From a virus (taxonomy: Duplodnaviria; Caudoviricetes): a DNA stretch of 62,267 bases. Below are positions 27,433-36,788 of this stretch, one piece after another. Below the pieces are notes generated by a model that saw only the letters and a program-made list of their open reading frames with translations, made no database searches and had not been told where the DNA came from. Every line of letters starts with the position of its first letter. Position 1 is the first letter of the stretch. The stretch is taken from positions 1 through 62,267 of the IMG/VR virus record IMGVR_UViG_3300023210_000034; one strand, given 5' to 3'. Position numbers and translations under genes: made by a program.

Positions 27433-28845
27433 CTATGTGTTATTTATCATGTTGTGTTGTTGATAGTTCAGTAACTTCCGTTGTAACCCATTGGTGAGCC
27501 ATCTAGCTGCCCCTTCCAATTGTAGTTCTTTCACGGTATCATCGAACTTCAAGTATCTCTGGATACGTACCTGTTCTGTGTTCTCTCCGTATTCCCAATC
27601 ATATGAGAGCACGTTATCTGGATTGAGTTTTAATTCGATATTATTGTTTGTCGCCCATTGATGGAGTGGTGTACTATGAATGATTACTGCTGGGTTATTC
27701 ACTGTGATATTATATGTTCCCGTGTATTCTGGGTTCATTTTGATTTGATCATGGATAGTTTGGATCATTTGTAGTGACATCTGGAAGTCTTCTTCGGTTT
27801 CGGTTGGGTATCCCACCATCATCAGTATATCTATATCGATATTTCGTTGTACGAGTTCCTTCAGCATTGTGAACAGGTCTTGATCGGTGAATGTTTTGGT
27901 CATATGTTCACGGACTATTGTGCTACCGGATTCGACTCCGATGATGGCTCTACTGTATCCGGATTGTTTCAGGATATCGTAGTCATTTGCAGTCATTTGG
28001 TGTTCTGGTCTACAAATGAATTGGCCCCACCATTTGATGTTCATATTTTTCTCTATAATATTGTGGCACCAATCTCTCATGGCTTTCATACTACCATTGA
28101 TAAGACTGTCCGTGAAGTAGAATTTATCTATCCCATGGGTTTGATTTAGGTATTCGAGTTCGGATGCCACACTAATTCCTGTACGGAATCTATATGTTGG
28201 CCATATCGTTGCGATGTTACAGAACGTACAGTTTTTGACGCATCCCCTTGATCCTGTCACCAATAAAATACCATTGTCCTCATACATGTCCAAATCAAGG
28301 TCTGAGTAATCTGGTATTGGTATTTGGTTCATATCCTGTAGTTGGACTGGTTTGAATACGTTCGCCCGTGAGGTATTGTTTTGCAGTAGTTCCACTAGGG
28401 TTTCTTCTGCGTCACCGGAGATGAAAGCGTCTATGAGGTTATTTTCCTGTAGTTCTTTAATGAACGTTACACCTATACTGATGTGGGCACCGCCTATGAC
28501 TGTTTTGATGTTTGATTTTTGTTTAATTTTGTGCAGGAGTTTTCTTGCAACGGGTATTTGCTTATAGCTGAACAGGGATATCCCTATCCATGTGGGGTTG
28601 GTTTCGATCAATTGATTTGCCCATGCATCGATGCATTGCTCATCGATATCGAGAATATTTTCGGTGATGTTATCTACTGTTCGAAAGTATTCTTTACTTC
28701 CTACTGTATTCCAATATTCGATATTGAAATCGACATACTTCGCTTTGAATCCATTATCATTGAGCACGGCCTTAAGGATAGCGGGACCAATCAATGGGTA
28801 CTTTCTTTCTAGCGGGGGTATTGCACATATTACGATATCAAGCAT
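27433..28845 (-). CDS. Cobalamin-binding radical SAM protein
   Basis: PAILKA, WIGISLFS, IGGAH, GDAE; GSRGCVKNCTFC, FTDSLING, GVESGS, VGYPTETEEDF. Confidence 0.9.
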   Translation of the reverse strand: MLDIVICAIPPLERKYPLIGPAILKAVLNDNGFKAKYVDFNIEYWNTVGSKEYFRTVDNITENILDIDEQCIDAWANQLIETNPTWIGISLFSYKQIPVARKLLHKIKQKSNIKTVIGGAHISIGVTFIKELQENNLIDAFISGDAEETLVELLQNNTSRANVFKPVQLQDMNQIPIPDYSDLDLDMYEDNGILLVTGSRGCVKNCTFCNIATIWPTYRFRTGISVASELEYLNQTHGIDKFYFTDSLINGSMKAMRDWCHNIIEKNMNIKWWGQFICRPEHQMTANDYDILKQSGYSRAIIGVESGSTIVREHMTKTFTDQDLFTMLKELVQRNIDIDILMMVGYPTETEEDFQMSLQMIQTIHDQIKMNPEYTGTYNITVNNPAVIIHSTPLHQWATNNNIELKLNPDNVLSYDWEYGENTEQVRIQRYLKFDDTVKELQLEGAARWLTNGLQRKLLNYQQHNMINNT

Positions 28846-29563
28846 TATTCATCAATGATTGGCCAGTAACCCCGACGACGAAGTGTGTGCGTTCGGTATC
28901 GCCCATATTCTCGGCATAATGTTCGAATCCAGCATTAACGAAGTACACATGGCCATCGACTGGTATATGTAGTACTTCGAAATCATCCTTGGGAGAATGT
29001 CTGAAGCCTAGTTTACAGTCATCATTGGTTGTCAGTGCGATATGATATCTCATTCCGTATCGTGTACAATAATCGATATGAGGTTTGATTTGAAAGTCTG
29101 GTTGAATTCTGGCAAACCTTGCTCTTGAGATAGGGTCTTGGAATTGTTCTAACACATCACGAATGTATGGTGCATTATCCATCATAGGTCTGAGTTGATT
29201 GTACGCAGATTCATTCAAGCCTGATTTAGCTTTGTCCATATCTTGTTTGTATTGCGATAGGGTACCGCCAGTGGCATCGATTGTTTTAGTAGCGTTTTGA
29301 TCTTCGTTGTATTCTGTACAGATGATTTGTTCATACGAGTGGTATTCCCCATCATCGTTTTGGAAGACCTGTGTGAGTCTGTCGCGACCATGGGTGAGTT
29401 CTTTGATCAAGGGTGCATTGGTTTTCATGTCGTTCCACCCACCATTCAGTTCTTCGAGAATTTTAAGTTCTGCCATGATTTTTTCTGGATCGAATTGTAG
29501 ATCGAGTTTTTCATAGAACGGAAAGTGTTTACGTGTTAGCATTGAATTTTGATCGGTATTCAT
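28838..29563 (-). CDS. Aspartyl/asparaginyl beta-hydroxylase (AspH/LpxO)-like 2OG oxygenase
   Basis: RARFA...PHID...RYHIAL...DGHVYFVNAG.EH...RTH; CTAAATA at 29591-29597. Confidence 0.75.
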   Translation of the reverse strand: MNTDQNSMLTRKHFPFYEKLDLQFDPEKIMAELKILEELNGGWNDMKTNAPLIKELTHGRDRLTQVFQNDDGEYHSYEQIICTEYNEDQNATKTIDATGGTLSQYKQDMDKAKSGLNESAYNQLRPMMDNAPYIRDVLEQFQDPISRARFARIQPDFQIKPHIDYCTRYGMRYHIALTTNDDCKLGFRHSPKDDFEVLHIPVDGHVYFVNAGFEHYAENMGDTERTHFVVGVTGQSLMNNA

Positions 29564-30173
29564 CGAATGATATTCCTTTATCTAATAGGGTATTTAGGGT
29601 ATCCTCGGTGGTGGTATAAATCAAATGTTGCCAACAAGAGGCTTGATCTTGATCACACACTGGATACAGCATTTCGTGGTTGGTCCATTCTAGTGGTGTA
29701 CTGTTGTTGTAGTTCGCGGCGGTTTTCTTTGCCCATCTCGTTTTGAATGGTTCTTTGGAGATAAACATCACGTTGCTATTATCTGGCATAAATGCTTGTT
29801 GTTGCATTACCATTGCTGGCCCGATCACATTCACCCGTGGGTTCAATGATGGTTGGTTTCCGGCGACACGGTTCCATGTTCGTATGCTTGGATCGAAATA
29901 CAAACGATTTAAGCATCGTGCTGCTTGGCCATAACAGTCTCTATGTAATAGAGTACTGAACGCCACCACGGAGTAATCCTCGACGAGCAATGATACACAT
30001 AGTTGGTCTTCGACCTTAAGGCGATCTGGTTCATAGTTTCTGATCATCTTCTGGTCGGATGGATCATTTTTGGTAAGGATCGCGTCTCGGTATTCTTCGA
30101 ACAGTCGGATGTATTCTTCGTCAGGACTAATCGTGATCAGTTCATATCCTTGGATGATCTGTTCGCGTTTCAT
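29529..30173 (-). CDS. Hypothetical protein (possible GNAT-like fold)
   Basis: VVAFS...ARCLNRLY..P.IR...FIS pattern; weak assignment. Confidence 0.55.
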   Translation of the reverse strand: MKREQIIQGYELITISPDEEYIRLFEEYRDAILTKNDPSDQKMIRNYEPDRLKVEDQLCVSLLVEDYSVVAFSTLLHRDCYGQAARCLNRLYFDPSIRTWNRVAGNQPSLNPRVNVIGPAMVMQQQAFMPDNSNVMFISKEPFKTRWAKKTAANYNNSTPLEWTNHEMLYPVCDQDQASCWQHLIYTTTEDTLNTLLDKGISFDEYRSKFNANT

Positions 30174-30526
30174 ATTGCAAATCCGAAGCTTAATACGTAT
30201 CGTGATCCTTGAACCTTTGACACTTGATGTTCATAGATATCTGGACGGATCAGGATGACTCTGTTGAATAGATTGAAGATCACTCCACCTTCTTCGGTTG
30301 TGAACTCCCCGCCGGATTTAGGTTTCTTGATAACGATGTTCAGTCGATAATGCTTGAGCTTCTTCCACTTGCCACGCATTGGGTCTTTGTGTGGTGGGAG
30401 TTCTGATTGATCTGGCATCTTGAGGATATAGCAGTCGCCCATGAAAGGCCACGTGATTGTGTATATTCTCATTCGGAAGTATCCGGTTTCCTGTCTACCT
30501 GCTTGCCATTTGAAATATTCTGCCAT
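30170..30526 (-). CDS. Small 2OG-Fe(II) oxygenase
   Basis: PHKD...GGEF...RPD.YEH.V...RYVLS. Confidence 0.75.
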   Translation of the reverse strand: MAEYFKWQAGRQETGYFRMRIYTITWPFMGDCYILKMPDQSELPPHKDPMRGKWKKLKHYRLNIVIKKPKSGGEFTTEEGGVIFNLFNRVILIRPDIYEHQVSKVQGSRYVLSFGFAI

Positions 30527-31191
30527 TAATCGATCTTTGCAATGAACACCAAGCGTTGAAATGGTCCGATGGCATTCATTCCGGCGTGGAGTTGTGTGTT
30601 TGGGAATCGTATAGCTTTGTTGTACCGGTGGAAGATCACTTCGTCTGGCCGGAAGTATGGATACATTTCGTGACTACAGTGGTCGAGCATTGACTTCACG
30701 GTGTCGGAATGATCCATCCATGGAGAAGGGACCATGAATTTTCCCATGTTCTCTGAGGTGATTGGAGTGTACCCCATGGTTCGATAGATTTCGAGTTTGT
30801 CTTCGGAGGTATCATTGTCCACCGCGATGACCTTTTGATCACAATGGTCAGTGAACAGCACTATGCCTTGGTCTTGTTGTTCGCCAAGGCTGACGCAAGT
30901 GTTCACATGGTATCCCGACACATTGACGGGATTATTGTCGGTATGTATTTGGAATGGTTCTGGTGCATCTGACATGAAGCCCCGTGTAATTTGGTAGACA
31001 TCCGTTCCGAACCAATCACTAAGTGTTGCTGGATCGATAATTGACTTGATGGTTTTCCCCCGCAACGGGACGAATCTTCTATCGATTGCACCATTCATTG
31101 TGATAGCATCATTACCGGCACCATTCCACAACTCATTGAAGGCTTGCAATTCTTGGTCACTCAGGAAGTTATTACGGGTCACGGTTGTCAT
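30526..31191 (-). CDS. Putative 2OG-Fe(II) oxygenase-like protein
   Basis: IHTD...YNKAIRF...QLHAG...R. Confidence 0.5.
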   Translation of the reverse strand: MTTVTRNNFLSDQELQAFNELWNGAGNDAITMNGAIDRRFVPLRGKTIKSIIDPATLSDWFGTDVYQITRGFMSDAPEPFQIHTDNNPVNVSGYHVNTCVSLGEQQDQGIVLFTDHCDQKVIAVDNDTSEDKLEIYRTMGYTPITSENMGKFMVPSPWMDHSDTVKSMLDHCSHEMYPYFRPDEVIFHRYNKAIRFPNTQLHAGMNAIGPFQRLVFIAKID

Positions 31192-31931
31192 GATTTTGTT
31201 CCTATTAGTTCAATTAAGCTTCCGCCGATATCCACCTCCCACCATTGTTCACCAAACATGGATCGTTTAGGGTGAGCATGATGGGTGTTATGCCAGCCTT
31301 CTCCCCATACCAAATATCCGGTAAAGAGATTGTTGGTACTGTGGTCATTGGTCACGTGTGGTTTGTATCCATACAAGTGGTTCAGGTTGTTCACGGCACT
31401 CCCTAGGTTCCATAGGATGGCCGCTGGAGCGAGGTACGCTGCGATCAGGAGCATTGGGTCAAGTAGCAACAGCGCGACGATGATCAGGGCGTGTATCTTG
31501 AAGTAGTTCTTATGTAGGAATAGATGGAATGGGTCACGTAGCATATTGGTCACGTACTTGATATGTACTGGTTCGAACATACTAAGGAACTGTACCTTGA
31601 AAATTCCTTTGGTTAATGGAGAATGCGGGTCTTTCTCGGTGTCGGAGAATGCATGATGTTTTTTATGTGATGCTACCCAACTGATTGACGAGCCGGTCAG
31701 TCCGTATATCCCACAGATAGTGCCGAAGTATTTAAACCATGTTGGCATATTCCATGAGTTATGAGAGAGACCACGATGAAATGTCATAGTCATGCCGAAG
31801 CATCCGGTCAGGAAGTACACAAACAATGTGATCCCGAAGTGATATGTTTCTCCATATAGAAACAATCCCAGCAAACCGACATGTGCCAGCAACTGTAGCA
31901 GGAATAATTTCATTGAATCATGTGTTATCAT
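31188..31931 (-). CDS. Membrane fatty-acid (delta-9-like acyl-lipid/acyl-CoA) desaturase
   Basis: His boxes HRGLSH, HKKHH and HNTHH; DPHSP, GEGWHN; TM helices. Confidence 0.9.
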   Translation of the reverse strand: MITHDSMKLFLLQLLAHVGLLGLFLYGETYHFGITLFVYFLTGCFGMTMTFHRGLSHNSWNMPTWFKYFGTICGIYGLTGSSISWVASHKKHHAFSDTEKDPHSPLTKGIFKVQFLSMFEPVHIKYVTNMLRDPFHLFLHKNYFKIHALIIVALLLLDPMLLIAAYLAPAAILWNLGSAVNNLNHLYGYKPHVTNDHSTNNLFTGYLVWGEGWHNTHHAHPKRSMFGEQWWEVDIGGSLIELIGTKS

Positions 31932-32434
31932 TATTCGAGATGCTCCACCCTAATATTACATCTTCTCAGAAAGTCCCACCCTTCCGTGCTACGGTATTCA
32001 TGTTTGAAGTATACTTCGGTGATACCGGCTTGGTGGATCAGTTTAGCGCAATCGATACATGGAGAGTGTGTAACGAACAGTGCAGCACCATCGCCACTTT
32101 CATGTGACTTAGCTAACTTAGCTATAGCATTGGTTTCGGCATGAAGTACTTCTGGAAGTGATGTAAGTTTTTCGTATACACCGCCTTGATTGGTTCCGGC
32201 GACAGGCGTATACCCACGTTTGATCATTTCATCACCATCTTCTTTGGAATGTACGGTGATCTTATCTGATCTTTCACATACGTTGGACCATCCTGAAGGC
32301 ATACCGTTGTATCCAATACTGAGGACTCGGTTGTCTTTGACAATGATACAGCCGACGTGTAGTCGAACGGCGGAACTAAGTTCAGCGTATCGTTCGGCTA
32401 CATCCATATGGGCTTGTTTAAATTTATCCTTCAT
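31931..32434 (-). CDS. cd: dCMP deaminase
   Basis: VGCIIVK, GYNGMPSG, HAETNAI, SPCIDC. Confidence 0.9.
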   Translation of the reverse strand: MKDKFKQAHMDVAERYAELSSAVRLHVGCIIVKDNRVLSIGYNGMPSGWSNVCERSDKITVHSKEDGDEMIKRGYTPVAGTNQGGVYEKLTSLPEVLHAETNAIAKLAKSHESGDGAALFVTHSPCIDCAKLIHQAGITEVYFKHEYRSTEGWDFLRRCNIRVEHLE

Positions 32435-32622
32435 TTTGAATGCGATGGCATACGTTTTTCAACGAACCATACGTGCTTCTTCAATACTGGATCGAACTTT
32501 CTGAAACGAAACTTCTCGCCGGTCTTTGTGCCCTTTGTTGATTTTTTAATTGTGTAGACTGTACCTGTCTCGGGTTGTTCTTCTGGTACCAATCTCACAA
32601 GCATGTAACTCTTTTTAGCCAT
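32431..32622 (-). CDS. rpmG: Phage-encoded 50S ribosomal protein L33 (zinc-free type)
   Basis: MAKK..VRLV...TGTVYTIKK...EKFRFRKFDPVLKKHVWFVEK; AAGGA RBS before 32622. Confidence 0.85.
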   Translation of the reverse strand: MAKKSYMLVRLVPEEQPETGTVYTIKKSTKGTKTGEKFRFRKFDPVLKKHVWFVEKRMPSHSK

Positions 32623-32626
32623 GTTG

Positions 32627-32893
32627 TTATCCTTCGCTGGTAATTTCTGGTTGACCTTCGATTTCAAGTGGATCGGGGGTAGGTGTTAGTTCATCGATCA
32701 GGTTCTGATAATGTTCGATAGCTTGGTCTTCGTTTTCGAACTTATCCTCGGAGAGTTTTGTCAATGTTTCGTGAACATTATTTCCGTATCCTAGACGCCG
32801 TAATTGCGCGGCATAGATAACGAGGTCACACTTTCCTAGGTTAGTGTTATTGAGAATTTCGCTAGCGAATACGTGTTGATTAGGTTGTGTCAT
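32627..32893 (-). CDS. Hypothetical protein
   Basis: 88-aa ORF with AAGGA RBS. Confidence 0.65.
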   Translation of the reverse strand: MTQPNQHVFASEILNNTNLGKCDLVIYAAQLRRLGYGNNVHETLTKLSEDKFENEDQAIEHYQNLIDELTPTPDPLEIEGQPEITSEG

Positions 32894-33185
32894 TTTGTAT
32901 TTCCTTATTGAGGATCGCTTTCACTCGATCATTGACTTCATCCCATTCTTCATCTTCTGTGAAGTTCGGTGACCAGTTGTTGATCCATTCCATGACATCG
33001 GTCAATGCTTGGACGGTGGTGTCGATATCTTTTTCTAGATTATCGACTTGGGCAGCAATACTGTATGCATTTTCGTTAGGGTTTTGTACTGCTTCCCAAT
33101 TGGTATTTCGTAGCATACCTGCGGGTCCATACACGTCATATCTCAGACCTGATTTCTCTATACGATCTCGTTCTTGATGTGCCAT
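32880..33185 (-). CDS. Hypothetical protein
   Basis: 101-aa ORF with AAGGA RBS, behind a sigma70-type promoter. Confidence 0.65.
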   Translation of the reverse strand: MAHQERDRIEKSGLRYDVYGPAGMLRNTNWEAVQNPNENAYSIAAQVDNLEKDIDTTVQALTDVMEWINNWSPNFTEDEEWDEVNDRVKAILNKEIQNDTT

Positions 33186-33211
33186 CAGTATTTCCTTATG
33201 GTTAATTCATG

Positions 33212-33241
33212 ATTATAGCATCATGAAGTGGTTGATGTCAA
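33212..33241 (-). promoter_or_regulatory. Sigma70-type promoter
   Basis: TTGACA-N18-TATAAT with extended TG. Confidence 0.7.
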
Positions 33242-33492
33242 TGGGTAATTGCGTACGCGACTAGATCGGATTGTAGTTCGAATGTGAGGATAGCATTGTT
33301 CTTCATTGAGTATGGGTCTGCGAGATATGGCACATGGTTGAAATACCATCCCCATTTACCTTCACAATGTTCGGCGCACCATTCGACTATCTGAACGGAT
33401 ACCCCTCCGGTGTGTAGACTGCATCGGTGATCGTACTTATGATCGTATCCACAGTCTGGATATAGACTATGGTCTCTTGTCATGTCTATCAT
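33238..33492 (-). CDS. Hypothetical protein
   Basis: WCAEHCEGKWGWYF...FE...D pattern; ATGA overlap with thyA. Confidence 0.65.
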   Translation of the reverse strand: MIDMTRDHSLYPDCGYDHKYDHRCSLHTGGVSVQIVEWCAEHCEGKWGWYFNHVPYLADPYSMKNNAILTFELQSDLVAYAITH

Positions 33493-34403
33493 ACCGCCAT
33501 ATCTGCTTTGATGGCGGCTTGAGGATTGTAGTCTTCCAGTACGAAATCATCCATAGTGAAGTTGTTGATATCTTTGGTTGTGGATTTGATGTTCAGTGTT
33601 GGTAGTACATCTGGAGTTCTAGACAACTGTTCTTGCACTTGATCGAAGTGGTTATTGTAGATATGAGCATCATTGAGTGTGATTACTAGCTCACCCACGT
33701 CGAGATCGGTCACTTGCGCTACAAGGTGTGTTAGCAGGGCATATGAGGCTATGTTGAATGGCACACCTAGGAACATATCACATGATCGTTGTGTCATGTG
33801 GCATGATAGTTTACCATCTGCGACATAGAATTGAAAAGAAAAATGGCAAGGGGGCAAGCACATTTGATCAAGCTCTCCTGGATTATAAGCAATAATCAAA
33901 TGTCTACGATCCCACGGCTTGTCTTTGATGTTTTGAATTACGTTAGCGATTTGGTCTACCGTGTGATACGGTTTGAATTCGCGCACCTTAGTAATGTCGT
34001 TATTTTTCCACCATTCCGCTGATTCTTCGTCGGACCATGATTCACTGGTCCGCCATTCACGCCATTGTTTACCATACACACGACCTAAATCTGTACCATG
34101 TTTCCAATAATCTGCTTCTGCATTAGCAGTCCAGATAGTAGTCTTACCTTCCAACTCTGCCCGAGGTTTACCATACCGTATCTCAGCAAGCCTACGTTCG
34201 TCACTGGAACCTTCTAGGAACCATAACAACTCTGATACAACACTCTTAAATGCTAGTTTTTTAGTTGTAACTGCTGGAAAACCTTGTTGCAAATCAAAAC
34301 GCATCTGATGAGCAAAGATCGAGCGTGTGCCTGTACCAGTGCGGTCATCACGATCAACACCAGTGTCCATTATTAGTTTAAGAGTTTCAAGATATTGATT
34401 CAT
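33489..34403 (-). CDS. thyA: Thymidylate synthase ThyA
   Basis: DRTGTGT, ELLWFLEG, YGKQWR, LPPCHF, QRSCDMFLGVPFNIASY, HIYNNH. Confidence 0.97.
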   Translation of the reverse strand: MNQYLETLKLIMDTGVDRDDRTGTGTRSIFAHQMRFDLQQGFPAVTTKKLAFKSVVSELLWFLEGSSDERRLAEIRYGKPRAELEGKTTIWTANAEADYWKHGTDLGRVYGKQWREWRTSESWSDEESAEWWKNNDITKVREFKPYHTVDQIANVIQNIKDKPWDRRHLIIAYNPGELDQMCLPPCHFSFQFYVADGKLSCHMTQRSCDMFLGVPFNIASYALLTHLVAQVTDLDVGELVITLNDAHIYNNHFDQVQEQLSRTPDVLPTLNIKSTTKDINNFTMDDFVLEDYNPQAAIKADMAV

Positions 34404-34714
34404 TGTAATTCTCCGTGAATCCAGTGTTCAGTTTCGCCATTCGGGTATGTTGCTGCAGGTCCATCTACACGATGTAGTTCGCCGTTCAAGAACCATTTTT
34501 CTCCACCGTTGCCATATACAGCGGCAGGGCCATCTGTTCTATGCCCTTTGCCGTGTTGATACCAAAGCTCAGTACCATTTTCATGTATACGTGCTGGTCC
34601 ATCTACCCGATGAAGTTTGCCATCTAGGTACCATTCTTGCGTACCGTACTCGTTAACAATTAGACCTTGTTTCATTTTCTCCATCCGATTGGGATATAAT
34701 CTTTGTGTACACAT
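34400..34714 (-). CDS. MORN-variant/YwqK-like repeat protein (start may be about 30 nt downstream)
   Basis: Three GxxxW(Y/F)xxGxxHRxDGPA repeats. Confidence 0.8.
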   Translation of the reverse strand: MCTQRLYPNRMEKMKQGLIVNEYGTQEWYLDGKLHRVDGPARIHENGTELWYQHGKGHRTDGPAAVYGNGGEKWFLNGELHRVDGPAATYPNGETEHWIHGELQ

Positions 34715-34887
34715 GCTGTATATACGTGTATAAAATCTTTGTCTAAGTTATCATATGCAGTATGACATTCTTGTTGTGATGAATATGTCTTGATGTTGCC
34801 ATCAAGACTATGGTGGTAATAAGAACCTTGACCATTACTTCCTATAAGCATTGTCAATAATACAAATACGTTCATTGTCTTTTCCAT
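34672..34887 (-). CDS. Small exported-type hypothetical protein
   Basis: Hydrophobic N-terminus, YSSQQEC...C motif. Confidence 0.55.
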   Translation of the reverse strand: MEKTMNVFVLLTMLIGSNGQGSYYHHSLDGNIKTYSSQQECHTAYDNLDKDFIHVYTACVHKDYIPIGWRK

Positions 34888-35393
34888 GTTTGAAACGTGA
34901 ACAAATGTTCGCCAAAATCTCTTGTAGCATCTGCCATCAATCCATGACCAGTTTGCTCAAAGCCTTTGATAAGTTCATCATAATCCATGAACACATCGCC
35001 CTCGTATTCGCCATGTACCTTAGTAATGTAAAGTTTATCGCATGCTGGCAAACATTGCTTGTATATCTCAGCACCACCGATGATAACGATCTCTTTATCT
35101 GGATATGCTTTCACGAATGTTTGCAGACCTTTGGTGAGATCATCGCCGTGTAATGTACCACTGGCACCGGGGAAGTCTGAGAGGGGTTTAGATGTAACCA
35201 CGACATTGATTCGGTTTGGTAGTGGTCGGTATTTGGGTGGCAATGAGTCCCATGTTTTTCGGCCCATTACCACCACTTGGTTTATTGTTTTTTCTACGAA
35301 CCGTTCCATATCATCTTTGATGTGAGGCCACGGTAAACCGTTTTCGGACCCGATGGCTCCGTCGTCGGCTATAGCTAAGATCGCTGTTATCAT
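34872..35393 (-). CDS. frd: Dihydrofolate reductase
   Basis: IG..NGLPW..IKDDM..F, VVMGRKTWDSLP..RPLPNRIN, IIGGAEIY. Confidence 0.97.
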   Translation of the reverse strand: MITAILAIADDGAIGSENGLPWPHIKDDMERFVEKTINQVVVMGRKTWDSLPPKYRPLPNRINVVVTSKPLSDFPGASGTLHGDDLTKGLQTFVKAYPDKEIVIIGGAEIYKQCLPACDKLYITKVHGEYEGDVFMDYDELIKGFEQTGHGLMADATRDFGEHLFTFQTWKRQ

Positions 35394-35743
35394 AAGTCTT
35401 TCAACGTTTTTTCTGTTTGAGCTTCGATTGTTATTGCGACTTCGTTCATATCCAGTTTGAATTCGATCAGGTGAATTTCTTCGCTGATGTCTTCGATATG
35501 TTGGTTGATCAGCATTTCAAGACGCCTTGGGTTAATGTTTTCATTAGCCAAGGTATCCTGAATGTCGATTGGTATATACTCTCCGTTGGTAAGCACTATT
35601 TCAATATGTTTGATAAGTTCTATGGGAACATCTTCCAGACGAACGTCTTGGAATGTTGTGTCCCATTTTTCTAAGAACTCAGTACTGAAATAACTATGCT
35701 GCGGTTTTTTTGTTGGCACTACCTTTTGGCCTTCCGCGTCCAC
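35390..35743 (-). CDS. Hypothetical acidic protein
   Basis: ORF coupled to DHFR. Confidence 0.65.
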   Translation of the reverse strand: MDAEGQKVVPTKKPQHSYFSTEFLEKWDTTFQDVRLEDVPIELIKHIEIVLTNGEYIPIDIQDTLANENINPRRLEMLINQHIEDISEEIHLIEFKLDMNEVAITIEAQTEKTLKDL

Positions 35744-36401
35744 GTTTTGGCTTTAACGATGGGTCCATAGAATATGCTTCTTCAGTTAGTCGGCTAGCTT
35801 CTCCTTGTAGCGCAGCAATTTGTGCTTCGATTTGCTGTGCTTGTGTTAGATTGGCAGTTGCCAATCCGGTCATTCCCACCAAACCTTCTTCAACCTCATT
35901 AGGTGGTGGTGCCCAACCTTCGATTTCATTGGTTTCGAGAACCTTTTCACGGGCTTCTTCTGCCAATCGGGTTTCTGCAGCATGCCTAATAACTTCTGGA
36001 TCAGCCATTCCTGTACCTTTATCGTTGTCGGCAAGAACTTTAGCGGCTTCTCCCCCTGAATCGATCTGAGACAGTAGGCTATTCAGTTCATCGAGACGAA
36101 TTTTACTTTTAGCATTCGGCAAGATAGTCACTTGGTTTGTTTGAACTTTCTTTATCATACCCTCTTTGTGTAGAGTATGCAACATATTATTTCCGTTTGC
36201 GAACACATTTCTGTGCAATGCGTCTGCGAAGTTTTTGGCTTGTTGGCCGACATCGCTTTCTAGCACTCGCATAATGCCATCGTGATACTGCACTGGCAGT
36301 ACATCTGGATAGCATACAAGGCACATGTGCTCTTCTTCTGGCACTGTGTTATATAATACTACTACTTTCTTGTCTCCGTGTTTTCCACTATGTTTAATCA
36401 T
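35694..36401 (-). CDS. Hypothetical protein with C-terminal AT-hook-like motif
   Basis: 235 aa, AAGGA RBS, KRGRGRPK. Confidence 0.75.
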   Translation of the reverse strand: MIKHSGKHGDKKVVVLYNTVPEEEHMCLVCYPDVLPVQYHDGIMRVLESDVGQQAKNFADALHRNVFANGNNMLHTLHKEGMIKKVQTNQVTILPNAKSKIRLDELNSLLSQIDSGGEAAKVLADNDKGTGMADPEVIRHAAETRLAEEAREKVLETNEIEGWAPPPNEVEEGLVGMTGLATANLTQAQQIEAQIAALQGEASRLTEEAYSMDPSLKPKRGRGRPKGSANKKTAA

Positions 36402-36410
36402 GTTGGTTCC

Positions 36411-36731
36411 TTATTTTTGAGGCTTTTGGTCAAGCACTCCTGCTTGGTCTAGGAATGAGTGTAGACGTTTGTATAGACCGCCGACATCTTCCATTTCTTC
36501 TGGCTTCACCCCACCACGAGCAGATACAACGTTAATGATTTGCATCATCAGCACGAAGTCGTTAACACTTAATGCTGGTTGTTCTGGCTCACCCGGACCA
36601 TTTTGGTCTGGATCAGCCTGTTCTGGTGTTGGTGCTGCCTGTTCAGGTTCCGGTGTTGGTTCCTGATATGTTGGTTCCCCTTGGATTGGTGCTGGTGCCA
36701 CGGGTGCCTGATCTAATGTTTCTTCGGTCAT
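36411..36731 (-). CDS. Hypothetical protein with Pro/Glu-rich N-terminus
   Basis: Start MTEETL at 36731 with AAGGA RBS; LSVNDF...IINVVSARG...VGGLY. Confidence 0.7.
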   Translation of the reverse strand: MTEETLDQAPVAPAPIQGEPTYQEPTPEPEQAAPTPEQADPDQNGPGEPEQPALSVNDFVLMMQIINVVSARGGVKPEEMEDVGGLYKRLHSFLDQAGVLDQKPQK

Positions 36732-36788
36732 TTTGTTTTCCTTTATGAACTGACTGATAAGTACATATATAATTATCAAGGAAAAAAC

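Noticed and set aside
33489-34403. dCMP hydroxymethylase or other base-modifying ThyA homolog
   Set aside because: It retains the dUMP-specific PFNIASY Asn and all canonical ThyA motifs and sits near DHFR and dCMP deaminase, consistent with ordinary dTMP synthesis.
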